Positions 37,163 through 47,334 of a stretch of 64,000 nucleotides of DNA are shown piece by piece. The number at the start of each line of letters is the position of its first letter. Position 1 is the first letter of the stretch. This stretch comes from Patescibacteria group bacterium (GTDB taxonomy: Bacteria > Patescibacteriota > Microgenomatia > UBA8517): contig DAITMO010000001.1 of the NCBI GenBank assembly GCA_036835125.1, forward strand, positions 191,508-255,507, read 5' to 3'. The notes below the pieces were generated by a model, which worked only from the letters and a program-made list of their open reading frames with translations, was not told the DNA's origin and made no database searches. Made by a program: the position numbers and the translations under genes.

Positions 37163-38449
37163 ATGCTTAAAAACATTACACAGTTTTTTATTAGGGCCTG
37201 GAAAACTCCATCTGTCAGGAAAAAGCTTATTATCACAGGTATCATTCTTGTGGTTTTTAGGCTTGCTGCTCACATTCCTGCAGCTGGTATTGATAGAACA
37301 ACCTTGCAAGCATTGTTTTTAGGAAGTCCACTTTTATCTTTGCTTGATGTGTTTTCAGGTGGAACTATGGCTAATTTTTCTATTCTTGCACTGGGCCTTA
37401 ATCCATACATTAATGCTTCTATCGTTTTCCAACTTTTAGGGTATGTAGTTCCTTCAATTGGAGAACTTCAAAAGGAGGGAGAATATGGCCAAGAGAAGTT
37501 GAATCAGTATACACGTCTTTTGACTATTCCTTTAGCTGCAGTACAAGCATTTGGGATGTATGCCCTTCTTAAGGGGCAGAATGTTATAACAAGTCTTTCA
37601 CCTATGGCTATAGTAACACTGGTGATTACAATGACGGCAGGTACTATTTTTGCAGTGTGGTTGGGAGAGCTAATTACAGAATATGGATTCAAACAAGGAG
37701 TTTCCATTCTTATTTTTACAGGAATTATTGCAAGACTTCCTGTAATTTTTCAGCAATCAGCTAGCATTTTCCAAAGTCAGGATATTTTTAAGATTATTAT
37801 TCTTTTGGTAGCAATAGTTTTGATTATTGGTGCAGTTGTCTTTGTTGGTGAGGCAACTCGGAATATTCCAATTCATTATGCAAAAAGAAGAACTGAATCA
37901 GGTCTTGCCGCATCCTCATATTTACCTTTGAGGTTAAATCAAGCAGGAGTCATCCCAATAATCTTTGCGGTTTCTTTAGTTCTCATGCCTTCTATGATTG
38001 GACAGTTTTTAAGTGGGGTAGGCAATGAAAAAATAGCATCAATCGCAAGTAGTATTGCGACAAATTTCAATTCCCAAACAGTTCTTTATAATGTCATTTA
38101 CTTTTTCCTTGTTTTTGGGTTTACATATTTTTATACAGCAGTTGTATTTAATCCTGAAAAGATTTCTGAAGATTTACAAAAAGGAGGAGGTTTTATTCCA
38201 GGTATAAGGCCAGGAAAGGAAACAGAGAAGTATCTCTCCCACGTTCTTTCAAGAATAACTGTGGTTGGAGGGGCTTTTTTGGGTCTTGTTGCAGTAATGC
38301 CGTCCCTGTTTACTAATTTTGTTGGATCTTCCAATATGGCAATTGGAGGAACAAGTATTCTGATTGTTGTGTCTGTTGTCTTGGAAGTAATTAGAGAGAT
38401 GGAAGGCGAACTTGTAATGGAGAGGTATGACAGATTCATTAGGAATTAA
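37163..38449 (+). CDS. secY: Preprotein translocase subunit SecY.
   Basis: 10-TM profile; ...LGLNPYINASIVFQLL... Confidence 0.95.
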   Translation: MLKNITQFFIRAWKTPSVRKKLIITGIILVVFRLAAHIPAAGIDRTTLQALFLGSPLLSLLDVFSGGTMANFSILALGLNPYINASIVFQLLGYVVPSIGELQKEGEYGQEKLNQYTRLLTIPLAAVQAFGMYALLKGQNVITSLSPMAIVTLVITMTAGTIFAVWLGELITEYGFKQGVSILIFTGIIARLPVIFQQSASIFQSQDIFKIIILLVAIVLIIGAVVFVGEATRNIPIHYAKRRTESGLAASSYLPLRLNQAGVIPIIFAVSLVLMPSMIGQFLSGVGNEKIASIASSIATNFNSQTVLYNVIYFFLVFGFTYFYTAVVFNPEKISEDLQKGGGFIPGIRPGKETEKYLSHVLSRITVVGGAFLGLVAVMPSLFTNFVGSSNMAIGGTSILIVVSVVLEVIREMEGELVMERYDRFIRN

Positions 38450-38477
38450 TTATGGTGATAACCCAAAGAATTAGATT

Positions 38478-39119
38478 ATGAATATTTTACTCATTGGTCC
38501 TCAGGGTTCGGGAAAGGGAACTCAGGCAGAAATACTTTTGAAAACTTCTGGTCTTTTCTATGTGGAAATGGGTGGAATTTTACGTGAAGCTGCCAGAAAC
38601 AATCAAACTATTGATAAGTTTTTGACTGAAGGAAAGCTTGTTCCTGACAATGTGGCTTTAACTCTTGTTATAGATAAAATTGAAAAGGAAAATCCGGGTA
38701 AAGATAATATTCTTTTTGATGGTTTTCCAAGATCGGTTGCGCAATATGAGATGCTTTCCAAGTGGCTTTTGGAGAAAGGCCAAAAAATTAATGTAGCAAT
38801 TTTAATCAATATTTCTGATGAAGAGTCTATTAGAAGACTTTCTGCAAGAAGGAAATGTGGGACTTGTGGAAAAATCTGGAACCTTGTTACAGAACCTAAA
38901 CCTCCTACACCCGAAAAATGTGAGTGTGGAGGAGAGCTTATTCAAAGGGAAGATGACATGCCGGAAGCAATTAAGACAAGGCTTGAGGCATACCACACAA
39001 CAACCGATGAATTAGTTAAACTACTTAGTGAAAAGGGAGATTTACTTGAAGTTGATGGAACAAAACAGATTTCTGATGTTACAAAAGATATTGTTGAAGG
39101 GTTAAAAAAATGGAAATAA
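38478..39119 (+). CDS. adk: Adenylate kinase with zinc-binding lid.
   Basis: MNILLIGPQGSGKGTQAE...; lid CGTCGKIWN...CECGGEL. Confidence 0.9.
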   Translation: MNILLIGPQGSGKGTQAEILLKTSGLFYVEMGGILREAARNNQTIDKFLTEGKLVPDNVALTLVIDKIEKENPGKDNILFDGFPRSVAQYEMLSKWLLEKGQKINVAILINISDEESIRRLSARRKCGTCGKIWNLVTEPKPPTPEKCECGGELIQREDDMPEAIKTRLEAYHTTTDELVKLLSEKGDLLEVDGTKQISDVTKDIVEGLKKWK

Positions 39120-39123
39120 CCTC

Positions 39124-39873
39124 ATGATTAAAATTAAAACCCCGGAAGAAATTAATATTATGGCGGAAGGTGGAGCCAAATTGGGAAGAGTTAAACATGA
39201 GCTTGCCAAGGCGGTTAAGGTTGGGGTTAGTGCTTTAGATATTGAGGATTTGGCTATGAAATTAATTCGTGAAGAAGGAGCTGAAGCTTCATTCGCAAAA
39301 GTTCCTGGATATCACTGGGCAACATGTGTGAATATAAATGAAGGTTTAGTTCATGGGATACCTACAGCAGACTTAATTTTCAAAAATGGAGATGTGGTTA
39401 GTATTGACGTTGGAGTATATTTCAAGGGTTTTCATACAGATACTTCTATAACAGTTGGAATAAATGTAGAGCCTGAAATTAGGAATTTTTTAAGAGTTGG
39501 GGAAGAAACTTTAAACAAGGCTATTAAGGTAGCGAGGCCAGGCAACCACATATATGACATTTCCAAGGTAATTGAAGAGAATATTGAAGGATCTGGTTTT
39601 TCAACAATCAAAGCTTTAGTTGGACATGGAGTTGGGAGGGAGCTTCATGAAGATCCCCAAATACCCTGTTTTGTACCTGGGAGGATTGAAGATAGTTCTG
39701 AGATTTGCCCTGGAATGGTGTTTGCAATTGAGGTCATGTACGCGATGGGAAGTGATAAAGTAGAGATTTTAAAAGATGGGTGGACAATAGGAATGCGAGA
39801 TGGTAAAATATCAGGACTTTTCGAAGATACCGTAGCTGTGACAGAAAATGGTATACAGGTTCTGACAAAGTAG
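39124..39873 (+). CDS. map: Methionine aminopeptidase type I.
   Basis: ...GYHWATCVNINEGLVHGIP...DVGVYFKGFHTDTS...HGVGRELHEDP... Confidence 0.9.
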   Translation: MIKIKTPEEINIMAEGGAKLGRVKHELAKAVKVGVSALDIEDLAMKLIREEGAEASFAKVPGYHWATCVNINEGLVHGIPTADLIFKNGDVVSIDVGVYFKGFHTDTSITVGINVEPEIRNFLRVGEETLNKAIKVARPGNHIYDISKVIEENIEGSGFSTIKALVGHGVGRELHEDPQIPCFVPGRIEDSSEICPGMVFAIEVMYAMGSDKVEILKDGWTIGMRDGKISGLFEDTVAVTENGIQVLTK

Positions 39874-39889
39874 TATCTTTGAAATTTAT

Positions 39890-40105
39890 ATGAAGACAAA
39901 AGATGTAGTTTTAGTAGATGGAAGCGTCTCTAGTGCCCTTCCCAATACGATGTTCAGAGTTGAACTTACGGATGGAAGGAGCATTTTAGCTACCCTAACG
40001 GGTAAAATGAGGAGAAATTACGTAAGAATTTTTCCTGGGGACAAAGTTAAAGTAGAGATGACTCCATATGACGAAGGAAGGGGAAGAATAGTCTACAAGT
40101 ACTAA
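39890..40105 (+). CDS. infA: Translation initiation factor IF-1.
   Basis: ...FRVELTDGRSILATLTGKMRRNYVRIFPGDKVKVEMTPYD... Confidence 0.95.
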   Translation: MKTKDVVLVDGSVSSALPNTMFRVELTDGRSILATLTGKMRRNYVRIFPGDKVKVEMTPYDEGRGRIVYKY

Positions 40106-40181
40106 TACTTGTTAAGCTAAGAAAATACAAGTATTAAGGTAATTCCCAAACAATCGTCAAATTATTTTTAATAAATTAATT

Positions 40182-40295
40182 ATGAAAGTTATTAGTTCAA
40201 TTAAAGCTAGGTGTAAAGATTGTAAGATAGTTAAGCGCCGAGGGGTGCTTTATGTTATTTGCAAAAACCCTAGGCATAAACAAAGACAGGGATAA
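40182..40295 (+). CDS. rpmJ: 50S ribosomal protein L36 (37 aa); not in the ORF track because <60 aa.
   Basis: Own translation: [37 protein letters not shown] (C-x2-C-x12-C-x4-H). Expected position between infA and rpsM. Confidence 0.85.
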   Translation: MKVISSIKARCKDCKIVKRRGVLYVICKNPRHKQRQG

Positions 40296-40327
40296 ATAAA
40301 ACTTCCACGGTAACGTGGTAAAAATAT

Positions 40328-40729
40328 ATGACACGTATTGCAGGTATCGATTTACAAGACAACTGGAAGGTAGATTATGCATTAACCAAGTTAAGAGGCT
40401 TGGGATGGACTTTATCGGTAAAAGTTCTTAAGGATGCTGGAATTGATGCAAAAAAGAGAATAACTGAGCTTACAAGTGATGAAGTTTCGAAAATTAGCAC
40501 AGAGCTTGAAAAATACAAGATTGAAGGAGACCTTATAAGAGAAGTCAGAGAGAATATTCAAAGACTTCAAGTAATTGGTTCATATAGAGGAATTAGACAT
40601 AACAGGAGTTTGCCCGTGAGGGGACAAAGAACAAGAACAAACGCACGTACAAAAAGAGGTAAAAGAAAGACAATAGGTGCATTTAAGAAGGAAGCTTTGG
40701 CAAAGACAGCAGCAGCTAAGAAAGAATAA
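40328..40729 (+). CDS. rpsM: 30S ribosomal protein S13.
   Basis: MTRIAGIDLQDNWKVDYALTKLRGLGW... Confidence 0.95.
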   Translation: MTRIAGIDLQDNWKVDYALTKLRGLGWTLSVKVLKDAGIDAKKRITELTSDEVSKISTELEKYKIEGDLIREVRENIQRLQVIGSYRGIRHNRSLPVRGQRTRTNARTKRGKRKTIGAFKKEALAKTAAAKKE

Positions 40730-40731
40730 AA

Positions 40732-41127
40732 ATGGCAAAAAAGAATATTAAAACAAAGAAAAAAGCGGTTAAAAAAGATGTTGGAATGGGGAAAGTTTAT
40801 ATTTCTGCCTCATTCAATAATACTTTAGTTACTCTTACAAATATGGAGGGTGAAACATTAGCTTGGGGTTCTTCGGGTGCATCAGGTTTTAAAGGAACAA
40901 AGCGTGCTACACCATTTGCAGCAACTTCCGCAGTTGAGAAAGTTGTAAATAAAGGGAAAGAAGAAAATGGTGTTACTGAAGTTGAAATTTACATTAAAGG
41001 TCCTGGAGCAGGAAGGGATGCTGCACTACGTGCGGTTAAAGCAACTGGAGTTAAAATTGCTCTAATTGCTGATATTACACCGATTCCTCACAATGGACCA
41101 AGACCAAAGAAGAAGAGAAGGGTTTAA
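40732..41127 (+). CDS. rpsK: 30S ribosomal protein S11.
   Basis: ...GKVYISASFNNTLVTLTNMEGETLAWGSSGASGFKGTKR... Confidence 0.95.
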   Translation: MAKKNIKTKKKAVKKDVGMGKVYISASFNNTLVTLTNMEGETLAWGSSGASGFKGTKRATPFAATSAVEKVVNKGKEENGVTEVEIYIKGPGAGRDAALRAVKATGVKIALIADITPIPHNGPRPKKKRRV

Positions 41128-41146
41128 AAATTATTAATTAATCAAT

Positions 41147-41746
41147 ATGGCAAAATATATAGGACCAAAAGATAAATTAAGTAGACGCGAAGGAATTGAT
41201 ATGTTTGGTGCTGGAGCAAAGTTAACCAGGCTTAATGTTCCACCTGGTGTTCATGGACCAAAAGGAACAAGAGGAGGCTCCCAATATGGAAAACAGTTAA
41301 GAGAAAAACAGAAGGTTAAAAGAATTTATGGTGTTTTGGAAAAACAATTTGCAAGGTATGTTGAGGAAGCTTTTAGGTTGAAGGGAAATACTGGAGAAGC
41401 TCTTTTGGTTAGTCTTGAAAGAAGACTTGATAATGTAATTTATAGACTTGGTTTTGCTCCAAGTAGACCCTCTGCAAGACAAATTGTTTCCCACAGGCAT
41501 GTTTTAGTGAATGGCAAGAAGGTCAATATTCCTTCATACAGTTTGAGAGTTGGAGATACAGTTAGTTTGGACACTAAGGCTTCCAACATTCCTGAAATTA
41601 AGAAAGTTTTGGAGACTAAGGATATCAAAATTCCATCTTGGCTTGAGAAAAAAGCTTTAGTTGGAAAAGTATCAGCATACCCTGTGCGTGAAGAGATTAA
41701 TGAAGCTATTTCCGAGCAGGATATTGTTGAATATTATTCTCGATAA
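41147..41746 (+). CDS. rpsD: 30S ribosomal protein S4.
   Basis: MAKYIGPKDKLSRREG...LERRLDNVIYRLGFAPSRPSARQIVSHRHVLVNGKKVN. Confidence 0.95.
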   Translation: MAKYIGPKDKLSRREGIDMFGAGAKLTRLNVPPGVHGPKGTRGGSQYGKQLREKQKVKRIYGVLEKQFARYVEEAFRLKGNTGEALLVSLERRLDNVIYRLGFAPSRPSARQIVSHRHVLVNGKKVNIPSYSLRVGDTVSLDTKASNIPEIKKVLETKDIKIPSWLEKKALVGKVSAYPVREEINEAISEQDIVEYYSR

Positions 41747-41828
41747 TAAGCTTAATTGTTAGTTTATAACTAGTTGTTGAATCATGCCGAAAGTTAGGGT
41801 ATAATACCTACATTCGGTTAGAAACATT

Positions 41829-42746
41829 ATGCAAGAACCAATGTTTACAGTTACAGAAGAAAAGAAAGAGGCCGGCTATGGGAGGTTTATTATCTCTCCT
41901 CTTGAACAAGGATACGGTCTTACAATGGGTAACTCTTTAAGGAGAGTTCTTTTAACATCTCTCCCAGGACTTGCAATCACTTCAGTTAAAATTGCAGGGG
42001 TTAAACATCAATTTTCAACTCTATCAGGCTTGAAAGAAGATACAGTCGAATTCATTCTTAATCTTAAAAAAGTTAGATTTTCAGGAACAATTGATAAAGC
42101 TGTTAAAGCAACTCTTGAGGTTGAAAAGGCGGGGGAATTCACAGCTAAAGACATAAAAGTTTCTGGTGGAGTCACAGTTGCGAACTCAGAACTTGTTTTG
42201 GGAACAGTGAACAAAGGGTCAAAACTTTCAGCAGAAATGACAATTGAAAGCGGATTTGGTTTCTCTCCTGCTGAGGATAGACCATCAGACACTATTGGTT
42301 TAATTCCAATGGATGCAAGCTTCTCTCCTGTCAAAAGAGTTTCTTATAAAGTTGAGGAAACACGTGTTGGAAGGCTCACTAACTATGACAAATTGGTTTT
42401 AGAACTTTGGACAGATGGAACAATTGATGCGGGAGATGCCATTAAAGAATCTGCAAAAAACATGGTTTCCTACTTTAATCAGATAATTAATCCAAAAAAG
42501 GTTGCAGAAGTAAAAGAAGCTCCAGTAGATAACCTTGGACCTGTAGGGAAGCTTTCAGTTGAGGAAATTGGACTTCCAACAAGAGTTGCTAATGCTCTTA
42601 TTAAAGCTGGTTTTGAAACAGTAGAAGAACTTGCTAACGCAAAGAAGGAAGATCTAGTAAAGGTTAGAAACCTTGGAGAAAAATCCCTCAAGATTGTTGC
42701 TGCTGCACTCGGAACAAAAGGTGTCGAGTTCCTCGCTGTAAAATAA
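41829..42746 (+). CDS. rpoA: DNA-directed RNA polymerase alpha subunit.
   Basis: ...PLEQGYGLTMGNSLRRVLLTSLPG...; C-terminal alpha-CTD ...SVEEIGLPTRVANALIKAGFETVEEL... Confidence 0.95.
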   Translation: MQEPMFTVTEEKKEAGYGRFIISPLEQGYGLTMGNSLRRVLLTSLPGLAITSVKIAGVKHQFSTLSGLKEDTVEFILNLKKVRFSGTIDKAVKATLEVEKAGEFTAKDIKVSGGVTVANSELVLGTVNKGSKLSAEMTIESGFGFSPAEDRPSDTIGLIPMDASFSPVKRVSYKVEETRVGRLTNYDKLVLELWTDGTIDAGDAIKESAKNMVSYFNQIINPKKVAEVKEAPVDNLGPVGKLSVEEIGLPTRVANALIKAGFETVEELANAKKEDLVKVRNLGEKSLKIVAAALGTKGVEFLAVK

Positions 42747-42753
42747 AACAACT

Positions 42754-43251
42754 ATGAACAAGAAGGTGTTCGGAAGAAAACTTTCCCGAAGTCGCCCTGC
42801 TAGAGAGGCTTTATTCGCATCTTTGACAAGGTCACTAATTTTAAACGGGAAGATAGAAACCACCAAAGCAAAAGCTAAGGCGGTTATTGGTAGTGCCGAA
42901 AAAATGGTTACATTAGCCAAAAAGGGTGGAGTAACAGAGCGAAGAATGGTTTTGGCGAGGCTTGATAATAAAAAAGATGCAGTTGAAAGGCTTTTTGGCG
43001 ATATTGCCAAGGCTTTTTCAGATAGAAACTCAGGATTTTTAAGAATAATCTCTCTTCCAAGAAGACGCGGGGATAATGCAGAAATGGCAAGGCTTGAGTG
43101 GACAGAAAAAGTTGAGGTTACTGAGAAGATTGTGGAGAAAAAGGCTGAAAAGAAAGCTGAAACAAAGGCTAAAAAAGAACCAAAAACAAAAGCTGAGACA
43201 AAGAAAACAGTTAAAAAAGAGGTTAAAAAAGAAAGTAAAGCTAAAAAATAA
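42754..43251 (+). CDS. rplQ: 50S ribosomal protein L17 with a long Lys/Glu/Ala-rich C-terminal extension.
   Basis: ...GRKLSRSRPAREALFASLTRSLILNGKIETTKAKAK...; tail KKAEKKAETKAKKEPKTKAETKK... Confidence 0.9.
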   Translation: MNKKVFGRKLSRSRPAREALFASLTRSLILNGKIETTKAKAKAVIGSAEKMVTLAKKGGVTERRMVLARLDNKKDAVERLFGDIAKAFSDRNSGFLRIISLPRRRGDNAEMARLEWTEKVEVTEKIVEKKAEKKAETKAKKEPKTKAETKKTVKKEVKKESKAKK

Positions 43252-43259
43252 ATATAATT

Positions 43260-43673
43260 ATGAAAACATATCAACCAAAAGCAGGAGAAGTTAAAAGAGC
43301 TTGGCATTTAGTTGATGCTAAAGACAAGATACTAGGTAGATTCGCAACTGGTGTTGCTGAGCTTTTGACTGGAAAGAAAAAAGCAGAATTTAGTAAACAT
43401 ATGGACATGGGGGACTATGTTGTTGTTATAAATGCTGAAAAAGTAATGGTTACAGGCAGAAAAGCTTCACAAAAACTGTATAGAACTCACTCTGGATATC
43501 CATCCGGCTATAAGGAGAAAACCTACGGAAAGATGATGGAAACAAATCCTGAGAAAATAATTGAACATGCTGTAGGAGGAATGATTCCGGACAATAAGCT
43601 TAAAAAACCAAGAATGTTAAGATTAAAAGTGGTGGCTGGGGACAAAAACCCTTACGAGGAAAAATTTAAATAA
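43260..43673 (+). CDS. rplM: 50S ribosomal protein L13.
   Basis: MKTYQPKAGEVKRAWHLVDAKDKILGRFATGVAELLTGK. Confidence 0.9.
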   Translation: MKTYQPKAGEVKRAWHLVDAKDKILGRFATGVAELLTGKKKAEFSKHMDMGDYVVVINAEKVMVTGRKASQKLYRTHSGYPSGYKEKTYGKMMETNPEKIIEHAVGGMIPDNKLKKPRMLRLKVVAGDKNPYEEKFK

Positions 43674-43675
43674 AA

Positions 43676-44086
43676 ATGGCAAAAGTTAAAAAAATAGTCT
43701 ATTTATATGGAGTTGGGAGAAGAAGAACTGCTTCAGCCAGGGTTAGAGTCTATCGTGGAAAGGCAGAGAACACTGTAAATGGCATGGTGGCAGCCAAATA
43801 CTTCCCAGGAGAGATTGCGAGCAAAGCCATAGCAAAACCATTTGGGGCAACAGAAACTTCAGATAAATACTATTTCTCAGGAAGAGTACTTGGTGGAGGA
43901 AAAGAAGCTCAGCTTGAAGCTACAGTTTTGGCAATCGCTAGAGCATTAGTTAAAGTTGCACCAGACAAAAACAAATTAGTTCTTAAGAAGTTAGGTCTTC
44001 TTACAAGGGATTCAAGAGAGAGACAAAGAAGAATGGTTGGAAAAGGTGGAAAAGCAAGACGCGCAAAACAATCTCCAAAACGTTAA
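43676..44086 (+). CDS. rpsI: 30S ribosomal protein S9.
   Basis: ...YGVGRRRTASARVRV...; ending ...GGKARRAKQSPKR. Confidence 0.9.
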   Translation: MAKVKKIVYLYGVGRRRTASARVRVYRGKAENTVNGMVAAKYFPGEIASKAIAKPFGATETSDKYYFSGRVLGGGKEAQLEATVLAIARALVKVAPDKNKLVLKKLGLLTRDSRERQRRMVGKGGKARRAKQSPKR

Positions 44087-44127
44087 ACTTCTTTTTTGTG
44101 TTAAAATACGCTCAGGTCGGAAAATCT

Positions 44128-44201
44128 CGGGGTGTAGTTCACCGGTAGAATAGGCGCATGGGGTGCGTCTGAACTGAGTTCAATTCTCAGCACCCCGACC
44201 A
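44128..44201 (+). tRNA. tRNA-Pro (anticodon GGG), CCA encoded.
   Basis: Hand-folded cloverleaf: acceptor CGGGGTG/CACCCCG (7 bp, C1:G72 as in bacterial tRNA-Pro), D stem GTTC/GAAT, anticodon stem GGCGC/GCGTC with loop AT-GGG-GT, 4-nt variable loop, T arm CTGAG-TTCAATT-CTCAG, discriminator A, CCA. Confidence 0.75.
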
Positions 44202-44259
44202 GAATGTTATATTTTGTGCCATTGATTTCAAAAAATGTATGTGGTACAAGTTATCTATA

Positions 44260-45345
44260 ATGGCAAGCAAGAAAAAACCCGAAATAGTAGCACCAGAAAG
44301 ACAAGAAAGTAGTGCAGCTAAACTTCAAGCAATTAAGCTTGCAATGGATCAGATTGAAAAACAGTATGGCAAGGGTTCAATTATGAGACTTGGTGAGAGA
44401 ACTCCTGAACAACTTAAGGTTGAAGTTATTCCAACTGGCTCAATTGCTCTTGATTTGGCTCTCGGTGTAGGAGGCCTTCCTAGAGGCCGTATAATCGAGG
44501 TTTACGGGCCTGAAGCCTCCGGAAAGACTACTCTTGCCCTTTCTGTTATTGCCGAAGCCCAGAAGGCTGGTGGACAGTGTGCGTTTGTTGATGCTGAGCA
44601 TGCACTAGACCCGGTTCGTGCTGAAACAATTGGAGTAAACTTGGATGATCTTCTTTTATCCCAGCCCGATACAGGAGAACAAGCCCTTGAGATTACAGAG
44701 GCTTTAATTAGAAGTGGAGCGCTGGATGTAGTAGTGGTTGACTCAGTTGCAGCACTAGTTCCAAGAGCAGAACTTGAAGGGGAAATGGGAGATTCAGTTA
44801 TGGGAATGCAGGCCAGACTTATGAGCCAAGCGTTGAGGAAACTAACTGGTGCAATTTCAAAGAGCAAAACTGTTCTCATTTTTACAAATCAACTCAGACA
44901 AAAAATTGGAGTTATGTTTGGAAATCCTGAAACTACTCCAGGGGGCTTGGCACTTAAATTCTATGCATCTGTCCGAATTGATGTTAGAAGAATAGAGATG
45001 ATTAAAGAAGGTGAACAAGTAATTGGAGTGAGAACTCGTGCAAGGATTGTCAAAAATAAAGTTGCTCCTCCTTTGAAAGTGGCGGAATTCGATATTATGA
45101 ATGATGTTGGGATAAGTCGTTCAGGAGGACTCTTGGATGTTGCAAGTGAACTTGGAATAATTGGAAAGAGTGGAAGCTTCTTTAACTATGATGGAAAACC
45201 AATTGCACAAGGAAGAGAAGCTGCAAAGGCATACATTAGTGAAAATCCAAAGTTTGGTAGCGAAATTGAAAAGAAGATTAGAGAATTTTCAACATCAGGT
45301 AAAAAACTTCCAAAGGAACTTGGAGAAGAAAAAGAGGAAGAATAG
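44260..45345 (+). CDS. recA: Recombinase RecA.
   Basis: ...[26 protein letters not shown]...; Walker [10 protein letters not shown]; start at MASKKK (the track's alternative is 44239). Confidence 0.95.
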   Translation: MASKKKPEIVAPERQESSAAKLQAIKLAMDQIEKQYGKGSIMRLGERTPEQLKVEVIPTGSIALDLALGVGGLPRGRIIEVYGPEASGKTTLALSVIAEAQKAGGQCAFVDAEHALDPVRAETIGVNLDDLLLSQPDTGEQALEITEALIRSGALDVVVVDSVAALVPRAELEGEMGDSVMGMQARLMSQALRKLTGAISKSKTVLIFTNQLRQKIGVMFGNPETTPGGLALKFYASVRIDVRRIEMIKEGEQVIGVRTRARIVKNKVAPPLKVAEFDIMNDVGISRSGGLLDVASELGIIGKSGSFFNYDGKPIAQGREAAKAYISENPKFGSEIEKKIREFSTSGKKLPKELGEEKEEE

Positions 45346-45378
45346 GCAAAGTTTGATGCTTCGTAGTAAAATCTTCCT

Positions 45379-46014
45379 ATGCCAGAAGTAACACTTCTAA
45401 AGCCTCAAAAGAATGGGAAAAGAGTAAATGTATATTTGGATGGTGTATTTGGTTTTGGAATAGATCTTGATAATTTAGTTCTTTCTCATATCAAAATAGG
45501 CACTGTTCTGTCTAATGAAGAAGTTGAAAAAATTGTTAGGAAAGCGGAATTTCAAAAGTCTCTTGATAAACTTCTTAAATTTGCAATGTTAAGACCCAGA
45601 AGTGAAAAAGAAATAGATGATTATTTAAAAAGGAAAAAGGTTCATGAAAGTATGTGGGAGGATTTAAGTGAAAAGCTTCAACATTTTGAACTTCTAGATG
45701 ATGCTAAATTTGCAAAATGGTGGGTAGATCAGAGGCTAGCATTTAAAAAGATTTCGGCAAAAGTGTTGAAGTTAGAACTTTTTAAAAAGGGAATTAAAAA
45801 AGAAATAGTTAATGATGTTCTTAATGAGACTCCAATCAATGAAGAAAAAATGGCCAAAGATCTTTTGGAAAAGAGGTCTTACAGATGGGAAGGTTTGGAA
45901 CCTAGAGTTGCCAAACAAAAAAAGTTTCAATATTTAGCGGGGAAGGGGTTTGATTTTGAGGTTGTTAAAAAAATTCTTTCTTCAGAGGTGGATGAATTAA
46001 AAAGTGATATCTGA
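45379..46014 (+). CDS. recX: RecA regulator RecX.
   Basis: Position immediately after recA. Helical repeats ...ALKLLSRRPRSEKEI-like (KFAMLRPRSEKEIDDYLKRKKV). Confidence 0.7.
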   Translation: MPEVTLLKPQKNGKRVNVYLDGVFGFGIDLDNLVLSHIKIGTVLSNEEVEKIVRKAEFQKSLDKLLKFAMLRPRSEKEIDDYLKRKKVHESMWEDLSEKLQHFELLDDAKFAKWWVDQRLAFKKISAKVLKLELFKKGIKKEIVNDVLNETPINEEKMAKDLLEKRSYRWEGLEPRVAKQKKFQYLAGKGFDFEVVKKILSSEVDELKSDI

Positions 46015-46120
46015 TATAATAGCTTCTAGAGTCAAAGAAATATGGTACAAAGAACTCAAAAATTAGCTTCTTTTGCCGTTGGTCTTTAAAAGGCCTTTTT
46101 CTTCTTTGGCTTTATAATAT

Positions 46121-47284
46121 ATGACTACACAAGACGAATACAAAAACAAACTTTCTAAGATTGCAAAATTAACTGTTGATGAAGCTAAGAAGGAACTATT
46201 AAATGAAGTCCAAAAAGATTTATCTTCTGAAATTGCTAAAAAGGTTAGAGCAGCTGAAGAAAAAATTAAAGAAGATGCTAATGAAGAAGCTCGCGAGATA
46301 CTTTTGGACGCAATGAAGCATGGAGCTACTACTTATACTGCAGAGTACACTGTTTCATCTGTTACAGTTCCTAATGAAGATGCAAAAGGCAGAATTATTG
46401 GAGCGGGTGGAAAAAATATTCGTGCTTTTGAAAAAGCTGCAATGGTTGAGATCGAGATTGATGAGACTAACGAGATTAGAATTTCCTCTTTTGATTCTGT
46501 AAGGCGCGAGATTGCGAGACGTGCCTTGGAAATTCTTATAAAAGATGCAAGAATTCAGCCTTCAAGAATTGAGGAAGTAGTTGCCCAAGTTAAGACACAA
46601 ATGGAGGATGTTCTTTTGGAAGAGGGTAAAAAGATCTGTCATGAATGTGGAGTATTTAATCTTCCAGTTGAGCTTATGCGTATGATTGGGAAATTTAAGT
46701 TTAGAACTTCCTATGGTCAAAATCTTGGAATTCATACGATTGAGGAAACAAAAATGGGAGTTGCGGTTGCCCAAGAGATTGGTGCAAATGCTGATGTAGT
46801 TAGACTTGGATGTTTACTGCATGATATTGGAAAGGTTGTTACAAATGAGGAGGGTAATCACATTGATCTTGGAGTAAATCTTTGCAAGAAATACGGAATT
46901 CCAAAAGAAGTTATTGCCTGTGTTGCCGAGCATCATGAAGATAAACCATTTAGTAGTAACGAAAGTGTAATTGTTTGGATTGCGGATGCAATTTCAGGGA
47001 GTAGACCAGGAGCCAGATATGAACCACACGAAGATTATGTTAAAAGAATGAGTACCATTGAAGATATTGTTAAAGGTTTTCCTGGAGTAATCGAAGCATA
47101 TGCGTTTCAGGCAGGACGCGACGTTCGTGTAATTGTTAATCCAGACGAGGTAGATGATGATAAATTAACTGTTCTTGCTCATGATATGGCCAAAAAGCTT
47201 GAAAAAGAGGCTGAATATGCAGGACAAATTAAAGTCTCAGTCATTCGTGAAGTGAGAGCTATCGAGACAACTTCTGCAAAATAA
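46121..47284 (+). CDS. rny: Ribonuclease Y-like (KH + HD domains) lacking the usual N-terminal TM anchor.
   Basis: KH: GRIIGAGGKNIRAFEKAAMVEIEID. HD: ...LLHDIGKV...AEHHED... N-terminus is a coiled coil with no hydrophobic segment. Confidence 0.8.
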   Translation: MTTQDEYKNKLSKIAKLTVDEAKKELLNEVQKDLSSEIAKKVRAAEEKIKEDANEEAREILLDAMKHGATTYTAEYTVSSVTVPNEDAKGRIIGAGGKNIRAFEKAAMVEIEIDETNEIRISSFDSVRREIARRALEILIKDARIQPSRIEEVVAQVKTQMEDVLLEEGKKICHECGVFNLPVELMRMIGKFKFRTSYGQNLGIHTIEETKMGVAVAQEIGANADVVRLGCLLHDIGKVVTNEEGNHIDLGVNLCKKYGIPKEVIACVAEHHEDKPFSSNESVIVWIADAISGSRPGARYEPHEDYVKRMSTIEDIVKGFPGVIEAYAFQAGRDVRVIVNPDEVDDDKLTVLAHDMAKKLEKEAEYAGQIKVSVIREVRAIETTSAK

Positions 47285-47296
47285 TTACTAGTTTTC

Positions 47297-47325
47297 TTGA
47301 CATTCATTCATTTTTGCCGTACTAT
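47297..47325 (+). promoter_or_regulatory. Sigma70-like promoter TTGACA-17-TACTAT ending ~9 nt before the hup ATG, implying a leaderless or very short-leader mRNA.
   Basis: cttgacattcattcatttttgccgtactatcgagacaatATG. Confidence 0.45.
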
Positions 47326-47334
47326 CGAGACAAT

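Noticed and set aside
40197-40382. 61-aa minus-strand ORF.
   Set aside because: Antisense to rpmJ (L36) and the start of rpsM.
43100-43260. Apparent tandem repeats (aaagctgaaa..., aaagaa...) that could look like a repeat array.
   Set aside because: They encode the Lys-rich C-terminal tail of L17 in frame (KKAEKKAETKAKKEPKTKAETKK). There is no spacer-repeat periodicity, so this is not a CRISPR array or a non-coding repeat.
42654-43307. 217-aa minus-strand ORF and 72-aa plus-strand ORF (43076-43294) rich in K/R/F/L.
   Set aside because: Frame artefacts over the AAA/AAG/GAA-rich C-terminal tail of rplQ and the end of rpoA. No start context; antisense to conserved genes.
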